A program made the position numbers and the translations under genes. Of a DNA stretch of 64,000 nt, positions 1 to 13,700 are shown piece after piece (positions within the stretch are counted from its first letter, which is position 1; every line of letters begins with the position of its first letter). Source of the stretch: Asterias rubens (taxonomy: Eukaryota); NCBI RefSeq assembly GCF_902459465.1, contig NC_047073.1:310001-374000 (forward strand), in the 5' to 3' direction. A model generated the notes under the pieces. It was not told where the DNA came from. It did no database searches and saw nothing but the letters and a program-made list of their open reading frames with translations.

Positions 1-204
1 AACTCAGGTAAAAATGTAACCCATAAGGCCCTTTGAAATTAAAATAAGGTTCTTTAATCTCCAATCAGAAGGATGTATCAACACCTTCTCTTATTTCTAG
101 TATATTAATTGTTACTATTTGGTTTGACCCTTACACAGATACTTGTTAGCATTGTATCCTCGGTACTTTCCAGAGTTCAGTGAAAAAATCACCGGCATAT
201 AACT

Positions 205-390
205 CTAAACTTGAGGTCTCGAAATCAAATTCATGCAAAATTACTTCTTTCTTGAAAACTACGTCACTTCAGAGGGAGCTATTACTCACAATGTTCAATA
301 CTATCAACCTCTCCCCATTACTCGTAATCAAGAAAGGTCTTATGCTAATAATTATTTTGAGTAATTACCAATAGTGTCCACTGCCTTTAA
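205..390. mobile_element. Right half of the TTAA-AGGCA MITE family
   Basis: Matches 50037-50176; ends CCAATAGTGTCCACTGCCTTTAA. Confidence 0.7.
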
Positions 391-1499
391 TGCCAATATC
401 AGACAAACTAACCTTCAAGTGGGGATTATATTGTGGGTTGTTTTATCCCTACAGTATCCACATCAAAGCATTCATAAATGCTTTAAAATATCTGTATAGA
501 TATAAATGTTTTTAAAGTACAGAATGATTATTGGTTAACATTGAACTGTATTCATATTATTATGCACATAATGTACTATTATGCAGTGTGCCAATGGGCA
601 GTACGTTACAGCTGTTGATTGGCTGATTTCAGAGTAGGTAGATTTGAATAGACCAATAGAACTAGACTATAATTTATTATAATTTATTATAATTACATGT
701 AAATTGTATGCTCAGGTGATGCACTCAGGTCCATCTGAGACGTTAAGCTATGTTAATTTGTAAATACTGATTGTCCAATATGTTTTGTTAGCAACGAGAA
801 AAAGGCTTGTCATTGTAGAGATCTTGAAGACTTTGCACTGCATTGACATCTTCGCTACATAGCCCAACTTCATTAAGCTGTTCAGCAGAAAATATTGCTT
901 AATGGAAAAATAGCAAATCTGCTCCTTGTTAATGAAATGGAAATCTGATCTCTTATTTGTCATAGTGCATTCTAACACAGAGAAATCTATTTTAAATGTT
1001 AGTAAGTTCTAAAACTCAAGGACATTGAGTTGCTTTGAAAAAGGAGATTTACTTCTACTAGTTCTAGTAGATATTTTTCAATCTCGAAATCAAAACACCA
1101 TATAATTGAAGGTCACATTGTAAACAAAAGAGTAATCACCAATTTTTTAAAAGGGTAACTAAAGATTGAAAGTTTTTTAGTAAGATTATTAAATTAGTTG
1201 TGCCAAAATTGTTCATGTGTGATTAAGAAAGAAAAGAAAAATGATACGGACTTATTGCAATCACTGCCAAATATTTTTATAATCCAGCTGTGAGTGAGCT
1301 TTTGGCTCAGTGATGTTTTCTTTTTAAGATGTAGATATGTAAATAGGCATGTAAGTATGCATTCTGTGTCATGTAGTACTTAAACATCCATTGCAGCTTG
1401 TGGGAGTTTAACATACTTTGTCATATCATGTGGTACTAAGTTTAAGAGTGTGTTAAGTTTAACCAGTGAGGGGTGGCTTCTGTGGCAGATAGGTATAAT

Positions 1500-2090
1500 G
1501 GCTGGCTTGTGCTTCTTGCCTAGACTATGTCAAATGGCCTGGCTGGTTTGTACTTCCAGTCTATTGGTGTGTGTTTCCTTCCCAACTGGCTTGTGTTTTG
1601 TGTTCAACTGGCTTGTATTTCACAGCTCAACAGAATTACGTGTATGTACCAAGCCTCACTGGCATGTACCACATTGGCCTGTATTTTCAGACCCACCAGC
1701 TTTTTAATTTATATCATACCAAACATATTAACATGTATGTTGCCTTCCTTACCACTCATACCCAACTTGCTTGTATTTCATGTCACACTGGCTTTCATTT
1801 TACAGGGGTGCCAGGCCAGTATCGAACTGGCTTGTAGTTCCTGTCACACTGGCTTTCATTTCACAGGGGTGTCAGTATCTAAATGGCTTGTATTTCATGT
1901 CACATTGGCTTTCATTTCACAGGGGTGCAGTACCTAACTGGCTTGTATTTCATGTCACACTGGCTTTCATTTCACAGGGATGCCAGGCCAGTATCGAACT
2001 GGCTTGTATTTCCTGTCTCACTGGCTTTCATTTCACAGGGGTGTCAGTACCTAAATGGCTTGTATTTCATGTCACACTGGCTTTCATCCC
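1500..2090. repeat. Degenerate tandem repeat (~22-bp CTGGCTT monomers grading into ~57-60-bp units)
   Basis: CTGGCTTGTATTTCATGTCACACTGGCTTTCATTTCACAGGGGTG repeated about 6 times from 1765. Confidence 0.85.
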
Positions 2091-2437
2091 CACAACTGTT
2101 GCACACGTCTCATGTACCAAATAAACCTCAACACTATTAACATTGCAATTAAAACCACAAAAATAATTTCTTTATCAGGATTTCTGCCCATAGTGTAGGT
2201 TGCATTATCAGTAAAATTGAGTTTTTATTTTCAGATTGGGTTACAGTACACATACCGTAAGTTTGTCAAGCAGAATAGGAAACCTGTATATAAAAATAGC
2301 ATATTTGCTATTTAATACCACCTTTAATATCACCTGTAACATTTAAAGGTAATTCTCAATTTAAAAAAACTGATTCGTGTGAGCTCACTTAACAAAATTC
2401 TGGTTTAATACAAAGCTAGTTGGCATGATTCCTAAAC

Positions 2438-2557
2438 TTAATTGGGTAAGCTTTCTAAACTTAATTGGGTAAGCTTTCTTTGTCATTAATACTCCACTTA
2501 ATTGGGTAAGCTTTCTAAACTTAATTGGGTAAGCTTTCTTTGTCGTTAATACTCCAT
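2438..2557. repeat. Nested tandem duplication (2 x 60 bp, each with a doubled TTAATTGGGTAAGCTTTCT)
   Basis: Direct read. Confidence 0.85.
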
Positions 2558-2984
2558 TTAAAAAAACTTTTTGTAAAACTATTATTTGTAGTACTCCCAG
2601 CACCCATTATATATCATAACATGCCAAAGAGAAAACTAAGTGTTTTTTATCCAATTAGAATGTGCCATTTTTGTATGTGAATGTAAATGCTGCAGTAGAG
2701 AGCTTTAATGTAGTTAGTAATAAACAAAATGGGACATTTATTTAGACACGTTTTACCACAGTGGATAGAAATTTTGTCTTGTAGGCCTAATGTTTACTGT
2801 GGAAACTGTTGACAAAGAATTGAACTAATCATGCAAATAAATATCTACATTCTCATGATATTTCTTAACTTCGTTTTTATTTATTATCTGTTAATCTGTT
2901 AATGATAGCCATAATTAATCAGTACTTCGATTCGGCCATCAAAAAATGTTTTATGATCCGGTAGGATTCTCGGTTTCACATTTA

Positions 2985-3145
2985 AGCCAATCAGAAAACG
3001 AGATTGACAATGTTTGGCTTATTTGCATATGACGTCATTGCTTGTCCGTGACCTGCAGTGCACAATTCCTATGACGTTTTTTACTGCAGGGAATTAGGCC
3101 CAGAACTGTCAGCCAATCAGAACCTCGGATTCTGTCCAATCAGAG
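2985..3145 (+). promoter_or_regulatory. Promoter-like motif cluster (3 CCAAT boxes, octamer abutting a CRE)
   Basis: GCCAATCAGA (~2987 and ~3111), TCCAATCAGA (~3135), ATTTGCAT-A-TGACGTCA (3021-3037); function inferred only. Confidence 0.3.
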
Positions 3146-5913
3146 CGCTCATTGTTTTTTGGCTCTTTATTCGTCGGCAATGTCGTCCGTGGTGCTTTGT
3201 TTTAATTCTGTCAGAATTTTCTATCTTGTTTTGTTCTTTTTTACACTTTGGAATACTTGTTTATTTGGACCAAGTTTAACAGCGCTTAAATGGAGTTCAC
3301 AACCGTGTGCCTTCAGTTATTTCCCCCCTGTTTTGGACCAACTCTGTGGGACAAAGTTCAAGCACATACATTTACAAAGGTATGTAAAATGTACACGATA
3401 TGTTATTAACCAGTTATGATATGTTTTGACAATGCTTGTCTGTCGACAACTTAATTAATCATGACACTTATTTAAACCTAATTTCATGATTGGTATTAGT
3501 ACGACAGGAAAGCTAACTACTCGCGTAAGATGCATTACGTTTGAGTGCAATATGAAATGGCATGCCAAATTTTGGTGAAAAATCCACAAGCCCCAAACCC
3601 AAAAGGGCTCGTTAGATAGTTGCTCAACAAGGTCTGAATTTTGAAGGTGTTTCTGTTGTTAGTGTTACTAGTACGGCCCCAGAATTGGCCACAAGAACAT
3701 GCTGTTTTTATTTGAACACGCACTGTGACATTTTAAGAGGATATTTATCTCAGTTGTCTTTATGAACATGCTGTATGGGCACACATACTTACTCAAAGTT
3801 AGAATTGCCAGGTGTTTCTCACTGCGATGCAAAGTCAACATTTGAACATAACCTGTTTTTTTAAGATATTAGTATTACACAGTCAGTGAGGAATATTATT
3901 CAGTTGAAAAACACAAGATTGCTGGACTTGTCCAGTCATGAGTTTAATGCAGGCACGACACATGCAAATTTCTCATTGTGCTCTGGGCCCAATTTCATCA
4001 TAGAGCTGCTTATTATGCACAAAAAATAGCTTAGCACAACAGAACTGTGCTAAACAGGAAAAGGTTACCAAAACTACTGGCCAATGGCCTGTGGTACAGT
4101 GTAAAATTTGAGTCCTGAAATGTTTACCATTAAATACTAGGGCATACTCATTTCAGAAATTCTACGGAGTTAGTTAGCCCCGCGGTCACGACACTATAGA
4201 CTTTTATAATGATGTGGCCATCTTGATTTTACTTCATTTTAACTCATTGTAACCAAACAGAGGCTGGACGAAATAATAGTCTGGTGCCATGTTCGCGCAA
4301 TGAATGTTAGCATTCATGGAAATAGGGAACATGACCAAGATGGTGATAGCGTGATAACGGTCTATAGCACTTAATCAGTCCAGACTTGTGTGGCGAAGTG
4401 CCAAGTGTAGTGGAGCAAATCTTATATGCAAACAGGTAGCTTACATGTAGGTCGGATGCCTCTGTTGCATAAAAGCCTTAAGTGGCAGTGCAACATGGAA
4501 TAGCATTGTACGGTTACAAGGTTTAATTGCTGCAAACTTTTGCATACATATTTAGGATTACAAGGTTTAGCTGCTGCAATCTTTTGCATGTATAGTACAT
4601 GTGTATGCTATAGTATGTACATTGCTAAAAAATAAAAAGGGGTCAAAAAAGTTACTAACTCATAACTAACTTGGTAAATATATGGGAGAGTCTAACGTAA
4701 CTTGTCGATGTTTGCCATTTTGGTCTAGTGTACATCACAATTTTTCTTGTTACTTTTTGTTCTTTTAATGTTAAGACAGTTTGTTTTGATGGGTCACAAT
4801 TGGAATGTAACAGCGCGTACGGAATGTTTTGTCACAAAAATTGGCTTTTATGAACCCAATTCAAAACTGCAATGCGTTATGGGTAGGCAGATGGGGCATT
4901 TGCTACCACGGTTGATGTGGTCTTAACGATGTGCGCAAGCATGGCCTATATCTTTGTGTGGGTTTAACAGCGCCCTCTGTTGATATTTTGCTTTTCGCGA
5001 CAAACCTTATGCTCCGGATGAAAGGAGGAATAGGAGTGATTTCTTAAAAACCTGCGCTTAGAACCATCAGGCATTGTGTAATAAAAATTGTTGGGTCGAT
5101 TAAATTTCTGGTGTAAAGCAGTTTTGTCCCTGGAAGAACTTCAGTCATGGAGCATCTCATACTGCATCTACTTACTGTAGCTCCATCCTCCATGCTCTTA
5201 CACGTAGGATAATGAACCCAGTCATTCACACTCGGTTAGATTCGGTTTCTCAAATCCAAATTTGAATTAATGAAAAAATTCCAAATCCATATTTCTTCAA
5301 AGGAACATAGTTTATACTACCAAGTAGGTTTTTACATGGTCATTAATTTGTGGAGTATTTACCAATCTGACCCTACCTTTAAACCAGTGGTGTACAATTG
5401 AAGCACATTTACTAAACTCTGTTCACATGAGAAGACGTCTAGTCCTTGTCAATAATACTAGTCATAAACTCACTACATCTTTGAGTGTATTGAGTCTTTG
5501 CCCTGCAGCGTTGTATTGTGACTGAATTTACAAAAGATCGAGGCTTCATACTGTGTGACTACACACACAGCACATACCAGACTATTAGCTTAAATTGTGA
5601 TGAGCCATTGTAGCGAGTCAACATCGAAACTACCATCTTCACCAAGTAACCAATAAGTCGCCTAATTATACCCACTGTATCCATCGAGAAAAAAGAGCGT
5701 GTCATACTTTTGTCAGGAGACAATTCTATACACAACAAACATAACCCTGGTTGGACTGTACTCTCCCCTTTGTATTACTAGAGAGAACTCGTTCTGCTAG
5801 AGGGATGGATTGATGCCTCTGCAACCAGTGTAGACCAGTCACAAATACTTACTAGGCTTAGTCACTTGTTAGGTGTCAGTTGGAATATACCTCCAAAGAG
5901 AAACCAAAGTTAA

Positions 5914-6269
5914 AGGAACACGTTGCCTTGGATCGGTCGAGTTGGTCTTTGAAAAGCGTTTGTAAGCGTTTTTTTATAAAATGCATATGGTTAGATAGAT
6001 GTTGTAAAAGTAGAATACAATGATCCACACAAACATGCCTCGAAATTGCACGGTTTTCATTTTCCTCGTCGACTAACACGGTCGGCCATTTAAATGGCCG
6101 ACCGTGTTAGTTCGCACAGTAAAAGGAAAACCACGCAATTTTGAGGCAAACTTGTGTGGATCATTGTATTCTACTTTTAAAACATCTTTCCAACCATATG
6201 CATTTTATAAAAAAGGGTTACAAACGCTTTTTATAGACCAACTCGTCCGATCCAAGGCAACGTGTTCCT
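5914..6269. mobile_element. Palindromic MITE with TTAA TSD and AGG...CCT ends (T2/Kolobok-like)
   Basis: TTAA|AGGAACACGTTGCCTTGGATCGG ... CCGATCCAAGGCAACGTGTTCCT|TTAA. The whole element is a foldback with a perfect 38-bp central palindrome at 6073-6110. Decayed copies at ~31590-31790 and ~53277-53600. Confidence 0.85.
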
Positions 6270-7211
6270 TTAAGGGGTAACTAAACTAAATTAGCAAGTT
6301 AAATTTTAATTTTGAATTATAGACAAAAGGGATAAATAGACACAGGCCTCAAAATAACCCACAGCACCCTTAAGCAATTGCTGTGGTGCCCTGTGCATTT
6401 GCTGTGTTGCTTTTGAAAAGTACAATTAATACAAATTTACATTTTCCTCATAGGGGTGCCCCTCCAAGAGTGAAGTTCAAGGCATGTAGACAAATAATGC
6501 ACACAGAGTTGAACCAGTGTTCAAACTTGAAATTTGTTTTAAAAAGCTAAACTTTTATTTAATCTCATAAATTTGCATAGACTCAATACAATACAACTCA
6601 ATACTGATCTAAAGACATTACAATTGCATGACACTAAATTAGTTATTCTAGCTCTTGATCAAGGCAATTTGTGTAAGATTCTACACTTTTAAAGCACACA
6701 TGTAAATTGATTCTTTGGGAAAAGTTGGTCCTTGTATTGTTACCTTGAATAAACAAAACAAGATTGAAACTTTAAGTTCAGGAAATTGTCAAAGAGTTGC
6801 ACAAATAATTTAGGAAATTAAATTCAGGACTTTGGGCAAAATGTAAGAATTTGTAAAAAATTGCTTATTACTAATAGCCAGTTCTCTAATACATAACTTT
6901 TTCCCTAGTTTTTTTTGTACAAAGAGAGTGCTAATTAAATATCAGAGAAAATGTCTCCTGAAATGCAATCAAGTCAGTGAAAAGTGCTCCCAGGCCCTCT
7001 CATAATAATTCATACTGTGCATGTACTCTAAGCCCATATCGTGAGATACAGTACTCTATGTGGCCAATAGAGGGCCCAATGATAAATTGGTCTTGCAATG
7101 TTAAGAATAAATAGCAAGCAATGGTTGATGCAATGTCTACCAACTTTTTAAAAATTAGGCCTTGTCTGAATTGGTGACTTAGTCTGTAGGATGTTTTGTA
7201 CTTCAAAGCAT

Positions 7212-7450
7212 GATGACGTATCGAGCGTGATGACGCAGCGAGTGAGATGACGGATCGAGCGTGATGACGCAGCGAGTGAGATGACGTATCGAGCGTGATG
7301 ACGCAGCGAGTGAGATGACGCAGAGAACGTGATGACGCAGCGAGCGTGATGACGCAGCGAGCGTGATTACGCAGTGAGCGTCATGTCGCAGCGAGCGTGA
7401 TGGCGCAGCAAGCGAGATGACGCAGCAAACGTGATGATGCAGCGAGCGTG
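7212..7450. repeat. 17-bp CpG-rich minisatellite (~14 copies)
   Basis: Unit GATGACGCAGCGAGCGT; the first part alternates two variants as a 34-bp dimer. Confidence 0.9.
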
Positions 7451-8851
7451 TTTCCTATTTGAATGATGATTAAATGAAAGTTTTGATATTAACTAGTAAC
7501 CCCTATACTGCTGACATCAACTACATAGCCTAGAAGTCACATGCCAATCAATTAGTCCGTGGTTTCAAACATAAAATAACTTGTGTTCTCCATTGTTTGT
7601 GCTGAATTATTTTACGGAAATAATGCATTCCTTCAAAAGTTGCGTACAAAAATTGTATTAGAATTTTATGAATGATACAGTTTTACTATACATGTAGCTT
7701 TTGTTATAACTCCAGACCACCAGCAACAAAAGTTTATAAAAAATATATTTCAAACAATTTGAAAGCAGAAAAATCATCTAGAAGAGCACTCGCTTATTTT
7801 TATATTATACAAAAATATTCTGTGTAATAGTCTTTAAACATTGGAAGTTTAAAAAGTTAATGAGTAAGGAGTCATTTACTGGAGGAATAAGGTTTGGATG
7901 AATTTATAATATGTTAAAAATATCCCTTTAACTCACTATCTTAGCACCACTTTCCATGTTAGCAATAAACAATATGTAATCACAGCGGACAGCGTTCATA
8001 CACCAGGTAAAAGCAGATAAACTGGTTCCAGAGCGTTTACACTGTAGCAAAGGGTGGGGGCCTGGGGGTACAGTGCTCCTCCACAATTTTCCAGCGCCCC
8101 TAGGTGCCCCTCTCCTTGGAAAAAATCCCATAACATATATGTAGTGACCTCCAAAAGAAAAGGAAAAAACATACCCCTGCCCCCCCCCCCCTCCCCCCAC
8201 AGGAAACCGATTCCTCCAGCTACCCAAAACTCTCTTAGTAACTCCTTTTCAAAGTGTAAACAAAGCAAATGTGTTACACCTACTTAGAAACATGGAGTGG
8301 AAATGCAATTCTTCACCATATGAAACATGTCATGAAATCAGAGTCATGGATTTGAGCATCTTGAAGATAAAACAAGAATAATCACCAACAAATATATGAC
8401 ATGTCATGCCCATTATTTAGGATCAATAAAGTCTACTCCCCAAACAATTCATAAATAGACAAAAGCAAAACACCAACATAAATGAATAGAAAAACAACAC
8501 TACCCACATACAAAGGAAAAACAAAGTGAGCCCTACAAAATAAACATCTTTTCAGACACACACATACTATGAATGACTACTTTATGTTAATACCAAAATA
8601 GAAACTAAACTACTTCTTGCAAGCACATATTACTAAATAGTTATATTATGATAAAGTTTCCATTTAATCCCCCCAAATAGCTACCTTGATTAAAATCCTC
8701 TAAAGGGTCTAACATGGTCCTGATTGGGGGAAATTGATAATTAGTAAAACCAAGTTTATCATCAGCATTTTAATTGTACTTTGCAATCACTCTGGAATCC
8801 TTCTCTTCAAATGTGGAATCATGCAAATTCCACAACCTGATTAATAACAGC

Positions 8852-9155
8852 TTACTTTCCCAATTAGGAATGGAAAATGTGTTTTTTTCCAAATAGGAAT
8901 ATGGTCCATAATCAGGTAAAGCAAACAACTAAACTATCCCAATTGGAAAAGGAAAACTCCCTTCTCCCAAATAGGAATACAGATGGTCCATATTGAAGAA
9001 AACAACTTAACTATCCCAATTGAGAATGGAAAACTCCTTTCTCCCAAATAGGATTACAGCTGGTCCTTAGAGAAAACAATTTAACTATCCCAATTGAGAA
9101 CTTCTAAATAGGAATACAGATAAATAAAACAAACCTAAACAACCCCAATTGGGAA
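8852..9155. repeat. Degenerate ~75-bp tandem repeat (about 4 copies)
   Basis: Recurrent ACTATCCCAATTG...CTCCCAAATAGGA(A/T)TACAG.TGGTCC. Confidence 0.75.
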
Positions 9156-10500
9156 TTTGTATCTAAGTTAAAATTATCTCCTTCCAATAAGAGTATAATT
9201 TGTTCCCAGCTGGAGATGAAACCTGAAATCTAAAATGGATCCCAATTGGGATTGTGTTTCTACTATTCTTGAACTAGGGATACAAATAGCCCCAATCAGG
9301 GAACTGTACCATCCAAAATGACAATGTTTCTTTTCCTCTTGTGTAATCTTCAACCGAGAAGTACGCCGAGCAGAAAAACCCTGGGTAATACTCCCCTCCT
9401 TCCATAATAAAAATAAAAACCACGACGACATCACATGACACTTAACGAAAGTTTGGTCCAGTTTCATTTTCCTAATATTAATCTAAATAAAAAACATACA
9501 CAGTGTTGGAGAAATTGTCCACATACCACTCTATAATTAAGGCATAGTTGAAATAGGCCACTTTAGTCATGCAATAATGTTTATCATTCATTATAATCAA
9601 TGTCTAAACAGTTTTTCCATCATTATAGAGGCATTATACAAAGGTCCTCTTATGCCATGGTTCCTTTACCCATGGAGGTAGGAATAGACTAATAGAGCCA
9701 GTATGTGATGTCCAATGGAGTTCTGCAGGCCTTATACCAAGGAGGTAGAAACCTCCCTGCTTATACCCTGTTCTTGCAAGGGCAATCCAATTAAATGTAA
9801 ATGTGGACACCCATCTACCAAATCCTTGTACAAGACAAATTTGTACTAATCTTTTCAAAGTCCAAATATTTGGGCTCCACAGAGGGGAGGCCTCAGAAGG
9901 ATCTTTAGCCAAGGTCACAGTGGGTTGGGGTTCTCAAGGAAATTAGATTTGCACAAGCTCATCATAAAATACCAACATGTAGGTTTGAACTATACTCTGT
10001 AACATGGTCAAATGGCAAAATATTGTACAATGATTCTTACATAGATTCATAAGGAATGTCCATTAAAACACAAGTAAAGGTGTTCATTTTTACAATTCCA
10101 GTATATTTTCATCTCCAAATTAGAATTGTTTTAAAAATGAACACCTTTACTGAAAATTGTGCAATGATGTTTATAAGTAAATATCATCTAGAATCTTAAC
10201 TTGTTTACCTCAGTTTTCTGTTATTCGGTTGAAATGAAATTTAAAAATATGCTGAAGAAAGGTATCTACAGTTTAAAATAAATAAAAACCAAATAAATGT
10301 TTCCCGCCCGCTTGAGCAAAAAACTATCAATTTAAATCCAAATGAAAATTTCTCTATTGGATGTCAACATCTTTCTCTTTGCACAGTTTTGTACAAAGCA
10401 TGAACAAGCTTAACACTACACTACTAAAGTAAATGGTTATTTTGAGAAATCAACGTATGTTAAAAACTGATGGCTGCAGTTAGAGAAGAGTTCAGTGATT

Positions 10501-10701
10501 TTAGTTGGTCCCCGCTTTATGGTCATAGACTTGCCGTCTTGTTCCATAGGACATGCCTGATTGTGAAGCGCCTTGGTTGGTACCCATCTGTAGACCAATT
10601 ACGTTCTGTCCTGCCTTGAGCTTCTCTTCTGAGAATTCACGCTTGTTTTCGCTAGATTGTTTTACTCCGAAGGTTGGACCTTGAAATTCACATTTCTGTG
10701 C
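10501..10701 (-). CDS. Transgelin-like copy 1, terminal exon (calponin-like repeat)
   Basis: CCAG acceptor; [12 protein letters not shown]...[32 protein letters not shown]-stop. Confidence 0.93.
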   Translation of the reverse strand, partial: AQKCEFQGPTFGVKQSSENKREFSEEKLKAGQNVIGLQMGTNQGASQSGMSYGTRRQVYDHKAGTN

Positions 10702-13700
10702 CTGGATGAACAAGAAAACAGATGTGGAATTAGAGTAACTATTAATAAAAAATATGAATAGTAGACTTGCGGGTACAACCATGTGTAAAATCTCTTTTGA
10801 GGGCGGGTGTGGAATTGGGGAAAATTCTTTTTGCAGGCTTTTTTGTCTTAAAGTATGCCATCTCAGGTCTGGTATTTCAGAGAGGGGCGGGGTGGGAAGG
10901 GGGGGGGGGCAAATATGCTCATCTTATCGCTGCCTCATTTCATTTTTAAAAATGTGTTCCAGTAAACAGTTGTTACTCTAATATACGTTACACGTAGAGG
11001 TGCCACAATTCTTTGCCCTTAGTAAGGGCCCCTGACTGAGCCCCTCACAAGTATTCAGTATCACAATCAGGCATATATCTTATTCATTATAACACACTGC
11101 TTTCCCATTTTTCTACTTTTTTTTATCAATATCCCTATTAGCTATTGCTGAGTTAAGAAGCTGTAATCCACATAAATGTTGGCAATTCTGTTAAAATTTA
11201 GCTTGGTCTTCTTTTTTCAGTTGTTTCAAGAAATTAGTCTGGATCAAACAAAAATGTCTCTTTTACAAAAATTTGTACTTACCCTCCTACCAAGAGCTTC
11301 CATTCCTGTCAAAACCTTCACAGAAAACAAGAAAAAAAATATTCAACTCAAAATCACAAGAGCAATCACAATAAAATTTGTCCAGCTTACTTCAAAAGCA
11401 GAGAAGTAAGCCTCAGCAAAAGATGTTTCAAGAACAAATAAGAAGAAATGTGGACATTTAGGATAGATTTGCATTGTTGGTGCTCTAATCTGCTTACAAG
11501 AGTCACAAGTTAAAACAGCTTTGCTTTTATTATGGTAAGCAGTTAACATGAAGCATACATGTAATCTGTTATTGCAGTGCTGTCACTCTTTTGTAAGCAC
11601 AAAGCATCTGCTTACAGGCTTGAATGAAAGTTCCATTGACATTTACTCTCTTCTGTATAATTGTAGACTCTGAAGATGAAAACTAACTTACCCCATTCAT
11701 GTTACGTGCTTCATAGAGATCTACTGTCTGGAACAGATCTTGTTTTGGTACACCGTAAGCTTCACAAGCTGTCAAGAAATTGCCAATGTTTTCCATCTAC
11801 AGAGGAACACAAACAAAGTTCAAACAACTTGAGAAGAATCTGATATTAAAAAGAACCGACTGTAACAACCGCAACGCTACAGATAGAATTTAAATACAGG
11901 ATCACTGTTTTAAAAGCCAGGATTTTGTAAGCTTTGTGTGAGGGTCAAACTGAAAAAGCATTTCTTACAACTGCTTACAATTGGTATCCACTAATCATTA
12001 CAGGATCCACACAGGCCTCTTGTAACATGGCAGGCCTCAGTATAGTCTTGGTTCCAAGACGCTCCAGTGATGTACAGTTTGTGGCGTGATAGCGGTTACA
12101 TAATGAATGATAGCGCCACCTAGTGGCGCAATACTAGTCTCAGTAGCGTTGAGACATCAGCTCTAGAATGTATGTGTGTGGGGGGGGGGGGGGTCAGGGA
12201 TTTGAATCACAACCAAGTAGACTTTTTTTTTTTTTTTTACAGTTCTTTGGAAAGCTCAGTTCACAGAGCTTATCATACGTTGCTGTAAGGGTAAAAATAA
12301 ACAATACTACACTTTGTTCTTCTGAGACTGGAATTAGAGGAAACAAATCACAACAAATAATTAAAAGCTGAAATGTAATCTTACCATTTTAAAGGCCATT
12401 GTTTTGCTTTCGTTGATTTTCTTCACACTTCCTGGTTGCATGATATTAATCAATCTGTGTATGAAAATATAATGTTTTTTACCATGGAATACTTTGTGTC
12501 GTAGAGTTAGATATTAGTTTTAATAACCTGTTTCTTAGTAACAGGTGCACAGACATTCTTACCTGCATAAGACTACCCCATCTTTTAAGGCTTTAGCGAA
12601 ATTAGACCATCCTAACTCGGCCGGCTCCAGATTTACGCCAACGATGGACTCAATCCAATTTCTACATTCAAGCTCTTTTTCTTCATCATACTGGCCCTTT
12701 GCCTGGATACAAAGACACAAATAAATTGGGTTGATCCATTTACAAGTCAATTAAGCAAAACCAAGCACTTAGTTCTTTACTGCCATCTGCTAGCATCAAT
12801 GAGTGGTTTTTATACACACTTAATGTAAGGGCTAATTTCCAGTGTTGCAGTACTCATGTGTACTCATTGCATACGCACTAGAGTACCGTGATGGTACTCA
12901 AACTTGTACTTGGCAGTACTCAAAATTTACTAGTACTCAAAATGTACACTCAATACTGGACTGACAAACAACCAAAGCTCTCGCTTCCAACCACGAGTTC
13001 TTATCAGATCAACACTACTCAAAAGAGATTTACACATAATGGTGATACTGCAATCCTCACCTGAAGAATATTAATAGGCAACGCTTAGATGATTCTTATG
13101 AAGCCACCGATTGATTACGCTGAAAATAAATATGGTTGAGGCCAAAGGTTGATGGATACACTCAAGCTCAAAGGAAGCCATCCACCTGTACTTAATCATC
13201 CATGAGCTTTGTACTAACTGAACCTACATTTGTAGTGACACCTCAGAAGAATTTGCAAAATGCAAATGTAAATAAACAGTACAGTGTACAATCTGATTCT
13301 GATAGGAAAACAAACAATCAAAAGCTGACAAATAATTATAAATGCTCTTTTCAGATCAAATGCCATATGGGGGTTCTAAGAACAAAAGTAGGGTAATAGA
13401 TTGTTTTTTTTTTGTCAACATAATGAATTTTGGCGATTCAAATATGTTGTCATACTTTTATTGACTGCTTACTCCGAAGGGTTCTTACCACAATTTCAAT
13501 CTTTATATATTTATAAGAAAGTTCTGGTTAAACTAAACAATTCCTTTCAGAGTCATACCAAGTAAAAAAACAAAGCCATTGATACTTTACACATAAGTAT
13601 TTTTGGATAAACCTCAATTAGTTTCAATCTGCAAAAAACAAACAAACAAACAAACAAACAAACAAACAAACAAACAAACAAACAAACAAACAAACAAACA

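Noticed and set aside
3317-3379. FGPTLWDK as a PAR-bZIP (HLF/DBP/TEF) FLGPTLWDK motif
   Set aside because: The match is one short word, the following residues diverge, the next candidate exon gives a stop in that frame, and no bZIP exon was seen.
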